A stretch of 64,000 nucleotides of DNA from Podarcis vaucheri (Eukaryota), in the NCBI GenBank assembly GCA_965113315.1, contig OZ220368.1, one strand, 5' to 3'. The stretch's first letter is position 1. Each line of letters starts with the position of its first letter. Both the position numbers and the translations under genes were made by a program. The notes beneath the pieces are model-generated. The model did not search any database. It was not told the DNA's origin and saw nothing but the letters and a program-made list of their open reading frames with translations. Positions 1 through 13,106 of this stretch are shown one piece after another.

Positions 1-105
1 ATGTTTTGATTTTCAGGGATGACATTGTTGCTTTTATAGATGAGTTCCCTTTTGAAATATGTTTTCAATTTATCTTTTGTGTGCATGTATATATTTTCTA
101 TACAG

Positions 106-258
106 AAAGTTACCCTGGAATTCTATATCGACATCCATGCTCACTCCACGATGATGAATGGCTTTATGTATGGGAACATTTTTGAAGACGAGGAAAGATT
201 TCAGAGACAGGCTATTTTCCCCAAGCTACTCTGCCAGAATGCTGAAGACTTCTCCTTT
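106..258 (+). CDS. AGBL4: AGBL4/CCP6 internal coding exon (153 nt, phase 0-0), M14 zinc carboxypeptidase domain
   Basis: Acceptor ttttctatacag|AAA and donor TTT|gtaagc. Translates KVTLEFYIDIHAHSTMMNGFMYGNIFEDEERFQRQAIFPKLLCQNAEDFSF, nearly identical to vertebrate AGBL4 as recalled. IDIHAHS carries a Zn-ligand His (cat 136-138). Confidence 0.96.
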
Positions 259-576
259 GTAAGCAACTCTCTCTCTCTTTTTTTCTACTGTATTTCCTCC
301 CCCTTCCCTTCCCTTCCCTTCTTCTTTCTTTCTTTTTTTTTTTTTGGTATTATTAAATACAAATTCATACAACTCATTCAGCCTTTGGCAGTACCAGAGT
401 CTTCAGGCAGCCCGTGCTCCATACAAGCCATGATGGCTGAGATATGTGTGTGTTGCTGCTGCTTGGTGGATTCACTTTTGTTGTGGCAGCATTGTCACAA
501 TCAGTAGAGCCTGGTCACATTTGCAACTGACTGCATACTGGGTTTATGAGATGGGCGAGGAACATGCGCCTTCAGA

Positions 577-835
577 CAGGGCCAGATTTAGATTTGATGA
601 GGCCCTAAGCTACTGAAGGTAATGGGGCCCTTTATATGTCCAGCTGTCCTTTGTCAACATAGGTATCTAAAGCCATTTGCACATAACAAAATATGTATTT
701 TATCAAAGTAATTTGTTTTTTATCTTATATTTTGGAAATGTACATCCAGTTTTTTTCTTTAAACTTTTTTGGGGCCCCCAAGAAGGTGGGACCCTAAGCT
801 ATAGCTTGTTTAGCTTATACGTAAATCCAGCACTG
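577..835. mobile_element. hAT-type MITE with 8-bp TSD, nested in an older hAT-type MITE (about 550-906)
   Basis: TSD CCTTCAGA at 569-576 and 836-843. Imperfect TIRs CAGGGCCAGATTTA / TAAATCCAGCACTG. Confidence 0.85.
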
Positions 836-999
836 CCTTCAGATGTTGCTAGACTGGAACTGCCATCATTGCTGACCCTTGGGTCATGCTGGCTGGGGCT
901 GATGGCAAAGGACAGAGTTAGAATAGATTTTTGCCCTCAATGGAAGTGCCATGTTCAGAGGCAATATAGCTTATCCTTGACTACCAGGAGTCAGACTTC

Positions 1000-1100
1000 A
1001 GGGGTAGGCTGTGAGCTGCCAGAGACATATGGCAAGTCACTTTTGGAAATATTGTGCTGAACTAGATGGAACAGTGGTCTGATCCAGCAAGGTGGTTAAC
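1000..1100 (+). mobile_element. Degenerate Squam3-like SINE 3' fragment
   Basis: gctgaactagatggaacagtggtctgatcc resembles the Squam3 tail and the copy at 6575-6735. Confidence 0.35.
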
Positions 1101-4100
1101 TGAAAAAATGTACTTGATACAAAAACTTTTGTTTGTTTGTCAAAATGGGATGTTATGTTGTATCCCTTAAATGCTATATTGGACAGATATTTCTCTCCCC
1201 TCCCCCCCCCTCGCAACCTGACCTGGCCTTTATTTTTTTTTCCTTTTCCTTTCTCCTCAGTGCTTAATTTTTTTCTGAGGCCAGCCAGCCAGCCAGAATA
1301 TGCCATCAATGGATGTTCCAGCTGCTGAGTTGTGTTTAATCTTGCATTATTCCAGTCACAGCCAATATCATCCTAATAACCCATATTTTGAAGGTGCAGG
1401 AATAGGGAACGTGCTATAAAGGGCCTCCCTGGCTTTTCCTGCACAGAAACAACGTAAAGCAGCTGAGTCTGCATATTGGAAACAAAGCAATCAACAGAGA
1501 GTCCCATTTGTCTACTAGCAATAATGCTAGCCTGAAGGGTTTTCCCCACCTCACAGTACTGTATAGAAATTGTTTGCATCTCATGGTTTCACATAAAAAA
1601 AGAAAAAACTTTGCAATGCAGAGCTGATAAACAAACTAAGGTAAGACATGCACTTGGATTTGGTGACAGTGCTTGGGTATCTATCTGCAGAAAGTGTAGG
1701 CCAAGGGTCAAAAGTGTCAAAGCCACTTTTGAGGTCAAGATCTTCAGTATGTTACTAATAGCTTAAGGTCCTGCTGCTGAGAAATGCTTTCACTACAGTG
1801 GTAAGGTTGCCATAAGGCCCACTGGGATGGATTTTCTATGAATTCTGGATCATTACCCGGCCCAAATTCCAATTCCATTTTTCTAAGTCTCTAGGAAATA
1901 TGAGGCAAAAGATGCAGCCAGCGTTATGCCCTGCCATGTAGTGCTCCCACCTTTTATTCAATGCAGGAAGTTGTGTCTGTGATTGACATTACTGGCTTAA
2001 GATGCAGCTAGGTCATTTTTCTTCTCAGTTAGTATCAAAACTGGAGTCTTTTGGGTGGGTAGGGATGTGTGCACATTAAAGCCGTAAAGTCCAGGGATCA
2101 AACCTCTTTGATTCTTTTGATGGCCTACCCTGAATCAGAATCTTAGAAAATGATGGAGGAATCCAGGATTCTGGTATAGTTTTGATTGGGAAACAGTGTG
2201 CCCAGTCCCAAACAGAAAAAAGCATCTTGGTCTTTTTAGGGGTCCAAATAGATGTGAAGTCGGTAGAGTGATTGCAATTAGTGTGTCTGGTTTTAAACTT
2301 TTAAATAGCACCTACGGTGCCTTTGGGGGTAAAAGCAAGATGGTGCCATTGAGGGTGGGAGTTTGAACAATGGACACTTAAATAAGGATGCATCGTGGGG
2401 CAAATAGCAGCTCTAGAGAGGGAGGTTTTCATCATGAACTTAGCCCAAGGGAGATGCTGGGTTTTACAAAAAGGCTACCCATGTTCTGCCGTTCTAATCC
2501 TGTGCTTTCATATTTACTTGTAAAGCTGCCAGTCTGTGTGGCCAATATTGCATTAACAAGATTGCTATATTATATCCCTGTGGAAATTTGCCAAATTATG
2601 TGCATATGACTGATTGTGATCAAAGCAGTGCAGGCAAACATATTGTCTTATATGACAAAGATAAAACAGGCTTGCAGATTGTGCATTGAAATAATGAACT
2701 AGGCTACAAATGTAAAAAATGGGGAAAAAATGCAAGTTTTTAAAAACTTGAACAAATGGAGTAGGAGCCAGACATTTTCCTTGCCTAGATCACCATTTGG
2801 TTCAGAACTAGCTGGGACAACTTACTTGACCCTTTAAGACTGTTATTATATGCCAGGCTTGAATTGTTAAACTGCTGCTACTATGTATCTTCTCATATTG
2901 GATAAAATACAACTAAATTAATTCTGTTTTGGAAGGAAGGGTGCATATCCTTGTCATTTGGTAGTGATGGTGGTTGTTGTTGTTTTTAGAGGAAGAGAAG
3001 CCTTTTAGGAAGAGAGAAAGTAGGTGCCAACAACCAAATAAACATTGTTTGCCTCCTGCTCCAGGTCACTTCCAGAGGCAACTGGCAGGCTTCAGCAAAT
3101 GCTGGCAGCCAGCGTATTTGAGATTATTCTGGGAGCTGCTGGCTCACAGCTTCTCACACTGACTCAGCAGTTTTGGTGTGTGACCTTGTACAGGGAGGAA
3201 TTCACTTGGAACAAGACTCAAATGCCAGTTATCGCTGGACAAAATAGCAGGCCCCAAACTAATAGCCTCATTGTCTTGTTGATCCACATGTTTAAACTGG
3301 CAGCTCACATTCCTTCTGTTGTACTTGGATGTGTTTTTTTTAAAAAAGAAATCTCGTTTAAAAATAAAGATCTGCAAATGTTTAACCAGGGGGATGTAAG
3401 ATCCGTGACATGCTTTATTATGGATACCCCTTCTCCACCAGGTACTACTGGTGGCTGTTACTGTTCTCTATTGCTTGACAGGCTACTATAATTTGGATGA
3501 CATGAGCAAATCTTTGGTCACTTCCCAACATGTAACAGGGATGCTCCTGTTGCATATCTCTGCCTTAGTGTCAGAAACCCTTGTCATGTTGAGGTCTGTA
3601 CAATCCTGTGACCGTCCCACATGGTTGCAAAACTCTCGACTCTTTCTAAATAAACAAGCCCTAGTAGTGTCTTGAGCTATAGTAGTAAGAACAGCAGGGA
3701 ATACAGTTGGCCAGGCTACCAGGATTTCTTTGTTAAGAGATATGTGCAGATATGACACTCTCGGTATAAGCCTTTGTGGGTGTGAGGAACAAAGCGGTGA
3801 CAATTAGAAAGCTGTGTATATAAATACACAGCAGGCACCGAACGCTCCAGAAGGACGGAAAACTGCACGGTAAACATTATCATGCCCATGTTTGAGAAGT
3901 GTGGGAATGGGCCACTGTTGTAGCTAATTATTTTTCTGAAGCTTCAGGAGGTCTCATTTACATTGTATGCTACAGCAGACATTTGTAAGGATTAGAATAC
4001 TTCCCTAGAATTGCTTCAAGTGAAAGCTGGCGGCTGTTGGCTGCATGAAGTGTTGTCTGTAATTGACTAGCTTCATGTCTTCACACAGCATCAAGACAAT

Positions 4101-5807
4101 GTTCCATTATGTTATCCATTGACAGTATCATTGAAAAGATTACTCTCCTTAAAGTATCTGTCAAGCTTGATTGATTTACAAGGGACAAAAGCACCGAGAG
4201 GACTTGAAATGCAGGTCCTTCTTTTCTCTCACACCACCGTTTAGCATACATAATGGATCCCCTTTGATGTCAAAAGCTCATATTCCATTAATAATGAACA
4301 GGCTTTTTGAATGCAGGCTCCTTGTACAGAGTCCCACACTAATAACCTGTTTGCTGCAAAATGGGAATCACTGGCAAAGCAATCATTTGTCTGGATTTTA
4401 CATGCTATCTGTGAGTCTACACTCAAAGGGATTTCTTTCAGCACTCTGCATGACTGAAGCTCAGGCAAATCCTGGTCTTCCGCTTCAAAAACAACATCCT
4501 GAAGATGGTCACTTGAATGGTTTACTTTAATTAGGCTGGGAAAAATTAGCATTACTATATTGTGGAGTGTATTTCATGCATAAGGAGCTTATTCCCATTG
4601 GTGAGTGATACTCTAAATATCTGGTTGAGCAAATGCTCCATCTACATGTTTGATATGGTGAGTCCCCAGATACCTCTATTGCTGCCTTGGGTGATTCTTA
4701 TAAATAAAATGGGGCATTCTTCTATCAGTGGGAAAATGGCTGTTCTGTCTAGGGATGTGCTTGGTCAGAAGCTGCTCCCTCCAAACAGCCGGGTCTCCAG
4801 GGAAGTTTTAGAACAACTTTGTAAATCCCTGAACTGTTCTTTTGCTAATTTCATCTGCTATTTTTTTCTACCACAAACTAAGTCTGATGAATTCAGGATC
4901 CATCCTACATAAGAACACATAATCCCCTTTTCAAAGCCATCCAGGTTAGTGATCATCATTACATCCTTTAGATTCTCTATGTCAAGATCACCCCGGGCAT
5001 TTTTGTGAGGGGGACCATAGTAGCAGTCAATTAAATGAAGGACAAAACAAATGACATATGACGTGTTTGCTAATTTGGACATAGCCTTACTTTCTTTATA
5101 ACCAGAATGGTTCTCATCCATTCTATCTGAGGGAGGAATTTGAAACTCAAAGTTTTACCTGCAAACATTTTTCAGTAAATGATCGTACCTTACTTATTTA
5201 TATTTTCATGGACAAAAGTTAAAAGTCACTAGTACAAAGGCTGAGTCACCAGATTTTATGAGTATCTGCTGATTTAATTACCAGTGCATCTGATGTCATT
5301 CATAATATAAAGCTAAAGCTGGATTTGGAGTGTGCTGCTTTGCTAGGCATCACTTATTTTACTTAGCAGATTAGTCATCAAAAGCAGCTGAGCATTTCAA
5401 GAAGCCATTAGAGCTTGGGGATGACTAATTGTGCTCTTTGCAATGGGATCAGAGAGGCCCATTTGCTCTTCTTTTTCCAGGAAAAGGAAATGGACAAAGT
5501 CAGTCAGAGAGGGCTTCATTCCCCATCCATCCACCCACCTCAGGCAGATGCTAGGTCTAGCTGTAATCATTGAGATGTCTTGATTAGGCCCCATATTGGT
5601 GACCCCTTCCTTTTACTCTTTTCACCCAAAGTAGGCCAAGTGTTGACTCCTGCAGTTTTTCAACCAAGTTCAGATGACAGAAGCAGTCAGTCAACAACCA
5701 GCTCCTGGGCATTGTTCCTTCTGCCAAGGGTAGCAATCTTAAAGGGACAGGTTGGGTAGAGCAGAACTGTGCCACAGGCATTTTCTCACCTTCCTTTTGT
5801 CCAGGTT

Positions 5808-6246
5808 GTTGTTGTTTAGTCGTTTAGTCGTATCCGACTCTTCATGACCCCATGGACCAGAGCACGCCAGGCACTCCTGTCTTCCACTACCTCCCACAGC
5901 TTGGTCAAACTCATGTTTGTAGCTTCGAGAACACTGTCCAACCATCTCGTCCTCTGTCGTCCCCTTCTCCTTGTGCCCTCCATCTTTCCCAACATCAGGG
6001 TCTTTTCTAGAGAGTCTTCTCTTTTCATGAGGTGACCAAAGTATTGGAGCCTCAGCTTCACGATCTGTCCTTCCAGTGAGCACTCAGGGCTGATATCCTT
6101 CAGAATGGATAGGTTTGATCTTCTTGCAGTCCATGGGACTCTCAAGAGTCTCCTCCAGCACCATAATTCAAAAGCATCAATTTTTCGGCGATCAGCCTTC
6201 TTTATGGTCCAGCTCTCACTTCCATACTTCCATACATCACTACTGG
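5808..6246 (-). mobile_element. BovB (RTE-clade LINE) 3' fragment, 5'-truncated
   Basis: Minus ORF RVPWTARRSNLSILKDISPECSLEG...LQYFGHLM...LEKTLMLGKMEG...RGRQRTRWLD is the BovB C-terminus. (CAA)n tail. 11-bp TSD TTGTCCAGGTT at 5797-5807 and 6247-6257. Confidence 0.95.
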
Positions 6247-6574
6247 TTGTCCAGGTTAGCTGACTGGTACTTTCTCAGAATCGTGCTGCCTAGAACTGCT
6301 ACTGCCCAGTCATGGATCTTGGATAGTCACTCTCCTAAATGTCTTCTCTTTGCGTATTGTGCTGCATTCCTTGAAATTCTGCATGGAAACCATGCAGAAT
6401 AAAACTTTGCAAAGGCTTGAAAGACTTTGACATAGCTGATCTGTTGGGAAACTATTTCTGGCTACTTACATTAATCCTCTGAATCACTAACAATTATGGA
6501 CACTTATTCTTTCTGAGAAAATGTCACTCGGTTTGAAATACCACCACTTTCTAATCTCGGTATTTACATAATTT

Positions 6575-6735
6575 CTTATCAGAAATCCCTAGCATATGTA
6601 AGCAGGGCTGGGAAAGGTCCATATCTGAAATTTGAGAGAGCCACTGCCCACCAGTACTGTATAATAAACAGTGCTGCGTTAGATGGATAAGTCAGTTAAG
6701 TCTGCCTCAGTATATGACAACTTCCCATACTCCTA
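6575..6735 (+). mobile_element. Squam3-like SINE fragment
   Basis: gggctgggaaag...ctgaaa...gagagccactgcc...tagatgga...gtctgcctcagtata...cttcc follows the recalled Squam3 body and tail. Confidence 0.55.
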
Positions 6736-9042
6736 CCTAAATTTCAGAGAATTGCCATGTCTTCAAATTAGCCATGGAATTAGCCCAAAGCAATCTCTGT
6801 AATTGATTTCAATGGGAGAGAAAGTTAAGTACATAATTAAATATCCCTCCTTTGAAATAATGGGACTTAAGCTCTTGGAATCCATTCATCCTTATTCACA
6901 GGTTTAGATTCTCAAACTGACCACTGGGTCTTCATGTGGAAGAAGGAGTATAAAATTCTTTATGTTTCAGTTAAGCCTTGCTTGAGCAGCAAGGTCTTCC
7001 CAAGCACTGTATTCCTGTATCCTGACTTGCTCTTTGGCCCCAAATAATCCTTTAGTCTTGAATACTGGTTTTCCTGGAGTTCATTGGCTCCTCTCAATGT
7101 ACTGGCTCTGACCCTGACACTGCCATAGCAAATTTGATAGCGACACTTAAAATTGGGATAGCTGGGATTAAAACCAGCTACGTTTTCCTCATCATCACAA
7201 AACTGGATTCTGCTTGCATGTAAAATAACAGATAAATTTATTGCAGTAGCTCTCCAATAGAAGCTCTCCTATTCCCCCTTTTTTCTAAGAAGACAAATGG
7301 AACTATTATTTTATTTTTGTTCCTTTGGAATACATTTCTGTACATTGGACACGCCATAGAAATTTTGGTGTTCATTTTGGAGGCAAACAAAAAAATAGGA
7401 TGGGAACTGTATGTGTTTTAAGACTGCAAATGCTGGTTGCTCAGGAACGAGGACCCTCTGGATATTCCTGGCTAAATGAAACCAATCTGTCACATGATGT
7501 TAAACCAATCTGCTCGTGTTAGCCACAGGGCCATCTTCAAATTAATTTATAGCCCCCAAAAATAACAGAAAGGAAGAAATATCCACACAACTGTTTCTTG
7601 TTTTCTTCTTGCCACTTCTTGTCCACATACATTGTTTTAAAGGCCCAGGGGGAAGAAATCCCATGTGCTTAGGGATGAAACCAATTTTCTAAGCAAACAT
7701 ACTAGTAAAAGTTACACTCATAAAAACCACCAGCAAGGGCCTAGTTTTTGTTATATTTATATAGGAGGAGGTTTCTGGAGAACTTGGCAGTTCTACTGAG
7801 AGGAATGATGAGAGGAATGATGAAAGTACTTTTGCCCCCAGAACTTGCAAGGGTTGACTATACAGAAGAGTTTGGGCTTGTTGTAGTAGTATTTTAGTTC
7901 TTCTCTAGCTCAGTAAACAAAAACAAAGCACCTCTTGAAAGGCACCTAACATGGAAAGTGTTATCTCAGTGCAAATATATGTATCCTATTGATCCCGATA
8001 CCCAACTTCTTGCTTCTCACCCCACAAGGTAACAGGGACCTATAGAAAACTATGGTTAAATAATACTGGAAATGACCACCAAGTTTATCACCTTCCAGCC
8101 TGGAAACCAGTTCCATTTCCTGATGAATGACTGCTGCAGAATATCTTGCTTCACCCAGTGCAAAAACAGCATTAATCGTGTGGTGATGTAGCACCCACCT
8201 ATAATCTCTTTTTGTGTATGTCTGGGTAGGAGGCATTGGAAGAGATGAAAAGGGTATTGCAATGGGGTCTGAGGCCTTCCTGACCCGTCTCTACTTCCAT
8301 GCCTCAAAGTCCAAGGTCATCGATGTAGGTCTGGTTGTTAGATTTTACTCTTAATCAAATCTGATGCAGGAAACTAGATATCTTATGGTGTGGCCATTTC
8401 AGGGTGTTCTGAGCTCTACTGTGCCTCCTTCAGAAGGCTTCTGCCACTTATCACGGCTGTTGGAAATGTGGCAAAACAGTAGCTTGACCTACCTGAGTTT
8501 TTCATCTCATATGGGTCTCCATTCTCCAGTTACACTGTATGGAATGCGAATAAGACTTCTTCTTTCATCAGAAGATTATGTGAGATTGCATGTGGTGAGT
8601 TTTGCCTATGATCCATTGGGCAATTAGATCTGTGTGCCTGCGGCTTTTATTGGTGTTTGTTTGTACCTCGAGCCTGAAATGGAAATCCTCTCTTAAAATT
8701 AGCTCTCCTACATGTTCCTGCACATATGATTCAGAGCCATCTACTTAAAAGACTCAATACAAAAGAAAGGAGTAATGGAAATTCATAGGTTTAACTGTTG
8801 CTTGCCTGCATTGGTAAGGCTGATAGGATGTATAACAGGTTTAATTTTTCCTAATCCTCTATTTTCTGTTCTGCTTAGGGAACATAAAAATGTAGTGAAC
8901 TATAGATAGAAATGGTGTATATTGGCTTCTACCCTTAGGTTTTCTTGCTATATCTTTGAGATGTTTTTGTTTGTGCATAATCCTTCATAACATGAGAATA
9001 GTTTGGCCTGTGTCTGTTACATACAACTGGCAAAATCCCTCA

Positions 9043-9345
9043 AAGCAGGAGTCAAACCCCTTTTCAGCCCAAGGACCACTTTCCATCATGGGCAACCTTC
9101 CCAGGCTGGGTAACAGTACTGGACAGAGCAATATATGTTGCTCTTAAAAGAGCAGGCTACACTCCAGCCATACAGCAGCCTCCACATCCACCTCTCCATC
9201 CAGGCAAGCACTTCAGTGATACATTCCACCACAGCAAAGACACTTAAGGAGGGCACAGAATGGATCCAGTAGGGTGTGTGGCCTGGTTGAGAGTCCTGAA
9301 GGCCAAATAGAGAGACCTGGAGGGTTGCATGCAGCCTGCAGTCTT
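9043..9345. mobile_element. Degenerate hAT (Charlie-like) non-autonomous element
   Basis: Start gcaggagtcaaaccccttttcagcccaaggaccac and end ggccaaatag...ggagggttgcatgcagcc. Related ends occur at 50403, 34505-34800 and 56755-56915. Confidence 0.4.
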
Positions 9346-9999
9346 GGTCACTTTCAGCTCATCCATTTCCAAGACAGAGCCTGAGCCTGAGAGGAGTAGT
9401 CTGGACTGAGAAGTAAGAAAGGTCTCATTTGGATTTTTAGGCCTTGTTGGAGCAAGTGTGCAATTGTCTTGCTTGGGGCTCTCCAAGGTTTTGCAAATCA
9501 GGTTTTAAACTAAGCTGTGTTCTGTCAAGCAATCTGACTACAGCTTGAACTATTTTTTATTTCCAACATGTAGAACTTTCTTTCCTATACCCATGTCTGA
9601 TTGTCTATAGTGTAGCAGTTCCCTTTACCTGCCTTTGCTATTCTGCAATTTTCACTTACTTGTTCTGTACTGGAGTTACTCCCCACCCCCGACTTAATTT
9701 CCCTCCTTTCTCACTCTAACTGAAGCCACTTCAATTTATTTCTATCTTCCTTGGTCTTGCCCTTTTCCCTCTTCCAGTGTCTGTTCTCCACCATTAATAA
9801 ATTTCCTGGGACCTCTATCCAAACACTCCCAAACCTTGCCTTTTATGCAGCTACCCTGGGTATCTGATTAATGTTCTGCAGCTGCTGACCTCCAGCTGTC
9901 CCTCCCCTGGCTCATCTGTGTTTTCATTTGAGTGAGCCAGGATAGGAATGTTGTGGGAGGCAGTTGAAGCTCCTGTGTCCTCCTGACACCAGGATGTGG

Positions 10000-10002
<3 letters not shown>

Positions 10003-10040
<38 letters not shown>
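10003..10040. repeat. (TG)19 microsatellite
   Basis: Direct reading. Confidence 0.97.
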
Positions 10041-10041
<1 letters not shown>

Positions 10042-10158
10042 CTGCTGGTGGTAGTCGTATCAAACTAGGATGATAGGAGAGAGTTTTCTGTTGAAGATAA
10101 AATGTGGAGCTTCTCATATGACACTGCAGCCATTTCATTACCGAAGTATTACTTAGGG

Positions 10159-10291
10159 CAGTGGTGAGGAACATCCAGATTACAATGGAACTACAACATC
10201 CATCATCCCTGACAATTGACAATGCTGGCTAAAACTAATGGGAGTTGGAATCCAACATCATTTTGGAAGACCACAGTTTTTCCTATCCCTG
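10159..10291. mobile_element. Palindromic ~130-bp hAT-type MITE (abundant family)
   Basis: ccagat...actacaac..ccatcatccctgac...gctggct...atgggagttgg..tccaaca...tggaag. Same family as about 550-906, 15356, 48190, 50860, 54108 and 62907. Confidence 0.65.
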
Positions 10292-11450
10292 GCTTAGGGT
10301 GAAAGCATTTGCCACATTATTTTTGAGATTTCATCTGCAATCTTAAGGACTAAGAACTTGCCTTTTATAGATAAGTATTCTCAGGAGACTATGGATTTGT
10401 ATCTCTACTTTAAGGAAGCACCACTCCATGCCAAATTTGTGATAATTTCACAGTTATATCTGTACGTAGACATTCTTCTATCTGCATTCCTTCCTTATGA
10501 ACATTTTAAGAGCATAAATGCATATGATGCATCGTCTCTGGACTTGGAAATCTCTAAGGTTTGGATTTCCAAATGGTGAGTTTCACCATTAGCAGCCACA
10601 GAAGGCAGAAGATGTGGCGACTCTACTGATTCCAGCCATACATGGCCAGCGGAGCAAACCTGCAGTTGCCATTGCTGCAGTGAATGTGATATGTGGCCCA
10701 TTGCCAGTTCTAACCAGTTGACACTGCAGGACCTCCAACTTCAGGTTCATATGGGTGCAGGTAGTTGCTCTGAGAGTCTGATCCAAAACCATTTTCTGCT
10801 TTAAAGGTTAATAATCAGTCCATTAAATTGGGCCTGGAAACAGATTGTCACCAGATAAATATAATGTGATCTGAATGCCTAGCTGCTACAGTTAAGGCAT
10901 TGAAGGACTGCCATGTGGACCTCATAAGTTGCTAGTGAAAGCCTTTCTAAAACGAAGCCTTCTTCTCCAATAGTTCCTATTTCTGCTCCTTCACCATTTC
11001 TACAGCCCTGCCCTACTTTTCTCTTCTTTAAGGTTCCACTTGTCAACCCTTCTTTCATAATAAGATGGTCCACTCTGCTGCTACAGAGACTGAAAATCAG
11101 TACTTTGGATCTCATTAGAGAAGATGCATTGGAGTACTGCTTGGCACAAAACAGTCAAAACAGTCAACAGTGGGAATGTTACTATCATAAAACATTAGTG
11201 GAACAGCTAAAGCTTCCTACATTTAATGCTAATAGGAAACGGGGTTCCATCTACTTCTAATTAGCCGCAAGACTTGCCTTTTTATAACATGAGAAGCTTT
11301 AAAACATATCAAATGCTGATAGAGCAGCAGGTATTTTTTGAACTGCAGTCTCCCTGTATACCTCATTTATCAAGAGTTGCCATGAATTCCTACATATCTG
11401 TTAGCTCTCAAGTCCTAGTTACAAGGAGCTAAGGAAATCAAGCAGCGGGG

Positions 11451-11474
11451 TGTGTGTGTGTGTGTGTGTGTGTG
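11451..11474. repeat. (TG)12 microsatellite
   Basis: Direct reading. Confidence 0.95.
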
Positions 11475-12414
11475 TTTAAAAAATCATTTTTATACTCTCA
11501 TTTTCTCAGGTACTGGTTCCTGGCAGTCCTGGTATTGCATGGAGTGAATGAGCATATGTTCTAGGCTGACAAGACAGCTGGTTTCAGGGGCTTGTGGTGG
11601 GCATGGGGTCTTTTATTGCTTTGACAGTAGCTCACCTGCAGTCTAGGCAAAGAGTTTGCTCCACCTAGTGGCTGTTACACTTTCACGGTTGGATACAAAT
11701 TCATTCTGGATTTTGTGACAGAACACGGAATTGCCCAAGGTTGAGCGCAGAAAAGAAGGGTTAGATGTTGCACACATTTGTTGACCAACAAAGAGACTTT
11801 GCTGCTGCAGTAAATTAAAATGGCTACTCAGTGGAAATAGTTCTAGCTGTAAAATAAGATGTTGTCCCACCCTGCAGAACACAGAGCACTGCATGAAAAT
11901 AAGAGAGGAGTGGGGTGGGAAAGAAGATTCTGGCAGCACTGGGACAGGGATAAAGAAATTATCTTTGCAATCTCTCAGGGTAGTGAAGCCCATCCAGAGA
12001 GTCAGATGCGTAGGAACATCTACAGAAACAGCCCCCCAGAGTTCTTTTCTGCCTAGAGAAAATAAAATTTATTTAAAATTTATATGGTGATGCTGAGCAT
12101 TAAAGCAGAAGTGAGATGTGAACTTGCAGTATCCCAGGATACAATTCAACCTTTTGACCAGTGTGGTGTGCTTGAACTTCCTGTCTACATATACGTACAT
12201 TGGGGTGAGGGGATCTGAACATTCCAAGAACTATGGGAACGCCTATATATGTGAACGTGTAAATAAAATTGTGTTTTGAATAGACTGTGTTTTAGTGAAT
12301 TCTCTCTTTAGAACCAGACCTAACTAGATAAGATGACAGAGATCTCTGATTACATCTCCTGTTTCTTTAAAATTTAGGGAAGAGCAGATGTTTGGGGCAG
12401 GGGAGAGATTTAGA

Positions 12415-12547
12415 TGTAAGTAGAGCCCTTCTGGATCAAACCAAAGGCCCATTTAGATCTGTATCCTGTTTTCACAGTAGCCAACAAGCAAGGCAGGAGC
12501 CCACAGTAATTTTCTCCCCAGCAACTGGTATCCAGAGGCAGACTGCA
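12415..12547 (-). mobile_element. CR1 LINE 3'-end fragment
   Basis: agagcccttctggatcaaaccaaaggcccat...atcctgttttcacagtagccaac...cagcaactggtatccagaggca is the reverse complement of the CR1 tail type at 48440-48692. Confidence 0.55.
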
Positions 12548-12879
12548 TCATTCGGTTTGGATTGAGACGGAAGTGCTGGGGTAGAGGAACTTAACCCTTT
12601 CCTCAAGTGCTGAATTCTCAAGGCAAAGCTTCCGCCCTCTAGTTGATAGCTGCCATATTATGGGAAACTTACAAACAGCAGCTTCTTCATTCTACTGAGG
12701 TAGCGTGCATATACACGAGAACAACTGGCCCTGGTGTTCTCTTTAGATGCAGGAGTTTGGACTCAAATATGTGGTTTGCATGTGCATGGACTTTTTCTGG
12801 GAAATACCTTTCCAGTTGTGTTTCAGTAGTATGGCCTCAGCCCTGCTCCAGTTGATTTCTCACCTTCTCTTTCTTACAG

Positions 12880-13042
12880 TCAAGCACCTCCTTCAACCGA
12901 GATGCTGTTAAGGCAGGGACAGGCCGTCGGTTCCTTGGCGGGCTACTTGATGACACCTCTTACTGCTACACCCTGGAAGTCTCCTTCTACAGTTACATAG
13001 TTGGAGGGACTACTTCTACAGTCCCGTACACAGAAGAAGCGT
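12880..13042 (+). CDS. AGBL4: AGBL4/CCP6 internal coding exon (163 nt, phase 0-1) containing the catalytic Glu
   Basis: Not in the ORF track; read by hand as SSTSFNRDAVKAGTGRRFLGGLLDDTSYCYTLEVSFYSYIVGGTTSTVPYTEEA plus the first base of Y. YTLE Glu codon is at 12976-12978. Confidence 0.96.
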
Positions 13043-13097
13043 GTATCCTTTGTGATGCTTTAGTTTTTGTTTTCGCTCTACCACGACCTGGGAATCT

Positions 13098-13106
13098 AAG
13101 GTAAGC
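13098..13106 (+). promoter_or_regulatory. Candidate alternative U2-type 5' splice site AAG|GTAAGC (intron start 13101)
   Basis: Near-consensus major donor 58 nt downstream of the U12 donor. The exon frame is open up to it. Usage is not shown. Confidence 0.45.

Larger units (their letters stand above)
259..12879 (+). other. AGBL4: AGBL4 intron, U2-type GT-AG, 12,621 nt
   Basis: GTAAGC donor, CTCAC branch-like site at 12859-12863, pyrimidine tract and ttacag acceptor. Splicing joins ...EDFSF to SSTSFN... in frame. Confidence 0.93.

Noticed and set aside
40-507. 155-aa ORF as a standalone gene
   Set aside because: Only 106-258 is coding. The flanks are intron read-through bounded by canonical splice sites.
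11490-11516. Recursive (ratchet) splice site ttttctcag|gtactg
   Set aside because: The acceptor is good but the regenerated donor GTACTG is weak. Not supportable without reads.
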